Position numbers and translations under genes: made by a program. Below, in pieces: positions 36,096 through 40,000 of a stretch of 40,000 nt of DNA (positions are counted from its first letter, which is position 1; every line of letters begins with the position of its first letter). The DNA is from Hyphomicrobiales bacterium (GTDB lineage: Bacteria > Pseudomonadota > Alphaproteobacteria > Rhizobiales > GCA-2746425). Under the pieces are notes generated by a model that saw nothing but the letters and a program-made list of their open reading frames with translations, made no database searches and was not told the origin of the DNA. The DNA lies in the NCBI GenBank assembly GCA_039986835.1, contig JBDWQA010000006.1, positions 295,560 to 335,559 of the forward strand, written 5' to 3'.

Positions 36096-36680
36096 TTGGA
36101 ACTTTCTACGTTTTTCAGCGGTTCTCAGAGCAGCTTGGACAAGGCCACTGCGAAACGGCTGACAGGTGCATGGCAAATTAAACATGTCGCAAAGGACTCT
36201 TGCATCGTGATGCAGGGTGCGGATTATTCCATGGAAACAATCGTTCTTGCCGGACGCCTTTCCAGCACAATCGCCGACCCTGATGGCCGTGCCGTATGCG
36301 TTGGTTTTTATGAAGGCCCTTGTATGGTCACACCCGCTATCGCGAGAACCCGCCACGGCATCTCGCTGGTTTCAATTAATGCGACTACAGATGCGCTTAT
36401 TGCCCAGATGGAAAGCGCGGCACTGACAGAATTGATGTTGTCGTCAGAACCTATTCGCCAATGGGCCAATGGCATCTTGCAGTACGAACTGGGTCGCAAG
36501 GCCGAAAGGGAATGGTGCCTGGCAGCACTTGGTGGCGCTGATCGCCTGGCCTGGTTTCGAAAGACGTATCCTCACCACGAAGAACTGTTCAGCCATTCCC
36601 TGATAGCATCATTTCTGGGCGTAACGCCGGTAACGCTCAGTCGGCTGCGTGGCGCAGACAGAGATAGTACTACGGTTTGA
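36096..36680 (+). CDS. Crp/Fnr family transcriptional regulator
   Basis: 194-aa ORF with a TTG start. N-terminal cNMP-binding-like beta-barrel region and a C-terminal HTH (FSHSLIASFLGVTPVTLSRLR). Confidence 0.65.
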   Translation: MELSTFFSGSQSSLDKATAKRLTGAWQIKHVAKDSCIVMQGADYSMETIVLAGRLSSTIADPDGRAVCVGFYEGPCMVTPAIARTRHGISLVSINATTDALIAQMESAALTELMLSSEPIRQWANGILQYELGRKAEREWCLAALGGADRLAWFRKTYPHHEELFSHSLIASFLGVTPVTLSRLRGADRDSTTV

Positions 36681-36816
36681 ATTCGAACGTAAGAAGGCAT
36701 GGGTTGAAATGTGTTTCAAGCCGACGCTAAGCCTCAATCAAATAAAATAGGATTCCTGGCCAAAGGGATGAATTGAACAGATAACAAAGCTGCCCATTGG
36801 CGGACGGCATTGAATG

Positions 36817-37755
36817 TCAGCTTTGCTTCCGATTTGTGTATGGCTTAGTTGCGCCAAACACTGCCAACAGAGCGCCAAGCATATATGTCAGCAATCCGGC
36901 AAGCGTTGCCATTGAATAGTCAACTCGCCCGTCAAACAATTGCATCAGAAAAACGATGCCGGGGCCCAGAGCAGTTATTGCCGCGATGGTAGAAGCCGGC
37001 ACAAGTGGGATGGCTTTTTGCACCAGGTACAGTGGAAGCGCGATGACCGCCAATCCAATCAGAACGATCGTAGCTACCTCAAGCGGAGGCGTTTGAATGC
37101 TCTTTTCGTCCAGCCCCAACCAAAAAGCCACAATCGCGAGCAAGGTGTAGAAGACAAATCGAAGGCCGAACTGTGCGAGCGGACCGACGCCTTTTCGATT
37201 TAATCGAACAGAGTAGAGGATAACGAAGGCTGTGCAGCCGCCTGATATCGCAGATAACATGACACCTAAAAATGCGATTGATGGACCACCGCGAGTGAAC
37301 CCCGAAAGCCCCAGCATTGTGATCACTCCCAGAAAGAATAGCGACACCAAGATTATCATGTTGCCAAGCAAAACGATGCGATTCTTGGAAGAAATAGCCT
37401 CTGTCATTTTGAACCAAGCAGCTATGAGGGTGCCGAGTGGCACCATTCCCGAGAAAATTGTGAAAACCACGGCCGGTTCTATAAGCTGAACCGCAAAGAA
37501 ATAAGTACTCCAGGTCAGCGCCGCCAATAGATTGAGTATGAGCACGGTCTGCCACGCCCGGATAGAAGCCAGCAGCTCGTTTGGTCGGAAGAGTGCAGTG
37601 GTAATGCTGCATCCAATGACGGCAATTCCAAATACCCATGATCCAATTAGAAACGAATCCACACTTTGGAAGACCGCGCCGAGATATACTGCCTGAAATG
37701 CTTCGAGTGTCACGAAGCCCGCGCAACACAGAAATCCCAGTTGAACACGTGACAT
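36817..37755 (-). CDS. DMT superfamily (EamA-like) transporter
   Basis: 312-aa ORF with about 10 TM helices. Divergent from a LysR regulator gene. Confidence 0.8.
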   Translation of the reverse strand: MSRVQLGFLCCAGFVTLEAFQAVYLGAVFQSVDSFLIGSWVFGIAVIGCSITTALFRPNELLASIRAWQTVLILNLLAALTWSTYFFAVQLIEPAVVFTIFSGMVPLGTLIAAWFKMTEAISSKNRIVLLGNMIILVSLFFLGVITMLGLSGFTRGGPSIAFLGVMLSAISGGCTAFVILYSVRLNRKGVGPLAQFGLRFVFYTLLAIVAFWLGLDEKSIQTPPLEVATIVLIGLAVIALPLYLVQKAIPLVPASTIAAITALGPGIVFLMQLFDGRVDYSMATLAGLLTYMLGALLAVFGATKPYTNRKQS

Positions 37756-37851
37756 GATTTGAAACTTTCCTTTGCCTCAGTAACAGGCAGGAAATCATGT
37801 ATATTGATTGTAAACAAAGGAGTTTTAAGAAGAATTGCATGAGTTTTAGCC

Positions 37852-38757
37852 ATGAATAATACCAATCGTTTTCTGCCGCCTTTATCGCGCCTAAAACCTT
37901 TTGAGGCCGCAGCGCGACATGAGAGCTTTTCGCTGGCTGCTGCCGATCTTGGTATGACCCAGACGGCGGTTAGCAAACAGATTTCACTGTTGGAGAAAGA
38001 TTTGGGTATCGAGCTATTTGAACGCCGCAACAGGGCGGTGTTTTTGACTGATGCGGGTCGGCAGCTCGGAAGGGTAGTGAGTGCCGCTCTCACCGATGTT
38101 GCTACAGAAATAGCTGTTCTTAGGCACCAAAGGAGGACAAATGAGTTGGTCTTGCATTGTCAGCTTTGTGAGGCATTCTACTGGCTCATGCCAAGGCTCT
38201 CCCGGTTTCATGAACGGTATCCCGACACCGAATTGCGTGTGGTCAGTGCCCTCAACCCCCTTACCGAGACGTCCGAGGCGTTCGATGTTGCTATACAGAC
38301 TTCGGGCCGTAAGTCAGGCACAGCGCATCTGGTCTTTACTGTCGATGATGATATTTTTCCGGTATGTGCCCCTTCTCTTGTGCAGGGGGGTGACTGCCCC
38401 ATACCACTGCATGATCTTGCAGCATTTTCACTTCTTTCTCATTCTGTAACGCCGCAAGATTGGATTAACTGGCAGGGCTGGTTGCAATGTGTTGGAGCAT
38501 CGCTTCCAAAGCCTCAGAAGGTTGTGTCGTTTGATAGTTACCCATTGGCTCTCCAGGCTGCAGTGACTGGTCAAGGTGTTGCGCTTGGGTGGAGAAGAAC
38601 AACCGAAGACTTGATCGAGCAAGGTAAGTTGATCAAGCCCTTCCGAGAGTTTGTAGAGCGACCAACCGAAATATCAGTGTTTCGCGGTACTGCCCGCAAT
38701 TTGCACCCCGACACGGAGTTCCTACTTGCATGGCTATCAGATGAGTTTTCACAGTAA
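37852..38757 (+). CDS. LysR family transcriptional regulator (GcvA-like)
   Basis: 301-aa ORF with an N-terminal HTH (LKPFEAAARHESFSLAAADLGMTQTAVSKQISLLEKDLG) and a C-terminal LysR substrate-binding domain. Confidence 0.9.
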   Translation: MNNTNRFLPPLSRLKPFEAAARHESFSLAAADLGMTQTAVSKQISLLEKDLGIELFERRNRAVFLTDAGRQLGRVVSAALTDVATEIAVLRHQRRTNELVLHCQLCEAFYWLMPRLSRFHERYPDTELRVVSALNPLTETSEAFDVAIQTSGRKSGTAHLVFTVDDDIFPVCAPSLVQGGDCPIPLHDLAAFSLLSHSVTPQDWINWQGWLQCVGASLPKPQKVVSFDSYPLALQAAVTGQGVALGWRRTTEDLIEQGKLIKPFREFVERPTEISVFRGTARNLHPDTEFLLAWLSDEFSQ

Positions 38758-38790
38758 CGGAGATATAAGTCTGAATTGACCGAGAAAGAT

Positions 38791-39768
38791 CTAACATTTG
38801 CGCAGCGGTGGAGCTGGTTTCGTATTGGGGTATTGCGAAGTGCCTTCGGGGATTGTTGCAGACAATAGTTCAAAGTCATTTTTGCTGAGGCGAACAGACA
38901 TTGCTCCCAGTGAATCACGAATGGTCTCAGGCCGGGTTGCCCCAGGAATGGGAATGATGTTTGAAGACTTGTGCAACAGCCATGCCAAAGCGATTTGATA
39001 GGCACTGACATTGTGCCGTGAAGCAACATCTGCAAACACTGCATATTGCGATCCCATTTGATGTGCCCGACCTGCCCCACCAAAAGGACTCCAAGGGACA
39101 TACGCAATCCCAGCATTGGCGGTGAGGGAGATCATGTCTTCATGAGCTCGATAACGCGGTGAAAATTCGTTTTGCACAGCAACGATACCACCTTGTGCTA
39201 TCGTGCCGCCCACATCCAAGGCGACCTGAAGTTGATCGGAGGAAATATTTGAGACCCCAACAGATTTTATCAACCCTTCTTGCTGAAGCAGCATCATGTT
39301 TTCCACCTGTTGTTCAAAGCTAGGCTCAGGTGCTGGCCAATGTAGGTAGTAAAGATCAATCTGATCCACGTTGAGCGCTTTGAGGCTTGCCGTACAGGCG
39401 TCGCGCAAATGTCCTTGGCTTGCGTCACGCCGACCACCCTCAGCAGTTACTATGATGCCACCCTTAGTGGCGACAAGAACCTTTTCCTTTTGCGATGGCG
39501 GCGCATCCCAGGTACGCAGCGACTCTGCCAAAAGCCGCTCGCCGTATCCGGTCTGGTCCCAGCTTGGCGCATAGATGTTGGAACTGTCCAATAAAGTCAC
39601 ACCTGTATCAAGAGCGGCATGGACCGTCGCGATGGCCCTGTCCCGATGGTCAACCATGGCAGCCCAGGAGATTGGCATTGCCCCAAATCCAATAGGAGAG
39701 ACTTGCCATCTTCCAAGGTGTCGGTTTTCAACGCGCCATTGTTCAGATTGCTTGTCTGTCATAATCAT
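38791..39768 (-). CDS. Aldo/keto reductase family oxidoreductase
   Basis: 325-aa ORF with AKR motifs (IGFGAM, LDSSNIYAP, VATKGG, IDLYYLHWP, VGVSN, AVQNEFS, IPIPGA). Confidence 0.9.
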   Translation of the reverse strand: MIMTDKQSEQWRVENRHLGRWQVSPIGFGAMPISWAAMVDHRDRAIATVHAALDTGVTLLDSSNIYAPSWDQTGYGERLLAESLRTWDAPPSQKEKVLVATKGGIIVTAEGGRRDASQGHLRDACTASLKALNVDQIDLYYLHWPAPEPSFEQQVENMMLLQQEGLIKSVGVSNISSDQLQVALDVGGTIAQGGIVAVQNEFSPRYRAHEDMISLTANAGIAYVPWSPFGGAGRAHQMGSQYAVFADVASRHNVSAYQIALAWLLHKSSNIIPIPGATRPETIRDSLGAMSVRLSKNDFELLSATIPEGTSQYPNTKPAPPLRKC

Positions 39769-39819
39769 CTCCCGTTTGTGCTGTTTCTGTACAGAAAGCG
39801 CTTGTTCCTGGTGGATCGC

Positions 39820-40000
39820 CTAACTGTTGGTTTGTGATTTAATCGTGGAATAGGCGTTCAGCTTTCGTGCCAATAGCTCCTCGCAACGATCAAGTTCTTC
39901 GCGTCGCTCTTTGAGCTTTATGCCGTGTTTTTCAAGGATTTCGATACGTTCCGCGACCGTTTGATCGCCAGCATGGACCAACACGGCATAGCGCTGCATT
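39820..40000 (-). CDS. MerR family transcriptional regulator, C-terminal part only (truncated by the window edge)
   Basis: My hand translation of the minus strand: MQRYAVLVHAGDQTVAERIEILEKHGIKLKERREELDRCEELLARKLNAYSTIKSQTNS, then a stop at 39820-39822. This is a MerR-type dimerisation coiled coil. It lies upstream of the AKR gene on the same strand. Confidence 0.55.
   Translation of the reverse strand, partial: MQRYAVLVHAGDQTVAERIEILEKHGIKLKERREELDRCEELLARKLNAYSTIKSQTNS

Noticed and set aside
37079-37840. 253-aa minus-strand ORF overlapping the DMT transporter gene in another frame
   Set aside because: It is an alternative frame of a clearly coding transporter gene and has a non-protein-like composition. 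I regard it as a chance open frame.
38571-39116. 181-aa minus-strand ORF overlapping the aldo/keto reductase gene and the LysR gene 3' end
   Set aside because: It is an alternative frame of a well-supported AKR gene, with no motifs.
1-40000. Search for CRISPR arrays, IS elements or transposases, integrases, tRNA/rRNA genes, retron-like or toxin-antitoxin modules, and known defence-system domains (nucleases, SIR2/TIR, STAND NTPases, helicase-methylase pairs)
   Set aside because: I found no regularly spaced repeats, terminal inverted repeats, cloverleaf-like sequences or such protein motifs on either strand. The only NAD-related Nudix-like protein sits in a canonical nadQ-nadABC context, so I read it as a regulator rather than a defence component.

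Overview
The window looks like a chromosomal segment of an alphaproteobacterium. Gene content and local synteny resemble Hyphomicrobiales/Rhizobiales: nadQ-nadABC, ppdK, tspO-HIG1-adenosyltransferase-rhomboid-etfBA-hbd, and divergent tlpA/argH. I can support about 50 protein-coding genes, one decayed paralog, several rho-independent terminators and a few candidate operator palindromes. I saw no rRNA, tRNA, CRISPR array, transposase, integrase or phage genes. Most of the window is ordinary housekeeping: NAD biosynthesis, pyruvate phosphate dikinase, electron-transfer flavoprotein, arginine biosynthesis, and transporters with their regulators. Three patches look accessory. (1) A TetR regulator lies divergent from a DevBCA-type ABC exporter (20986-24926). 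(2) A minus-strand tandem array of output-less dual-PAS genes (25448-27934) has two intact 297-codon paralogs and a third decayed copy, set in very AT-rich spacers. (3) A roughly 5 kb patch downstream of argH (30400-35400) carries orphan secreted proteins (a very basic 298-aa protein, a ricin-type lectin, a small Cys-containing protein), an ACT plus two-GNAT operon, small unannotated ORFs and a small XRE regulator with direct repeats in its promoter. I did not find a recognisable defence system or a clearly novel multi-gene system. The best candidates for undescribed biology are the PAS-only gene array and the HD-hydrolase/PTP-like phosphatase pair that appears co-operonic with the NAD regulator NadQ. 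All functional calls come from motif recognition by eye. No database search was run.
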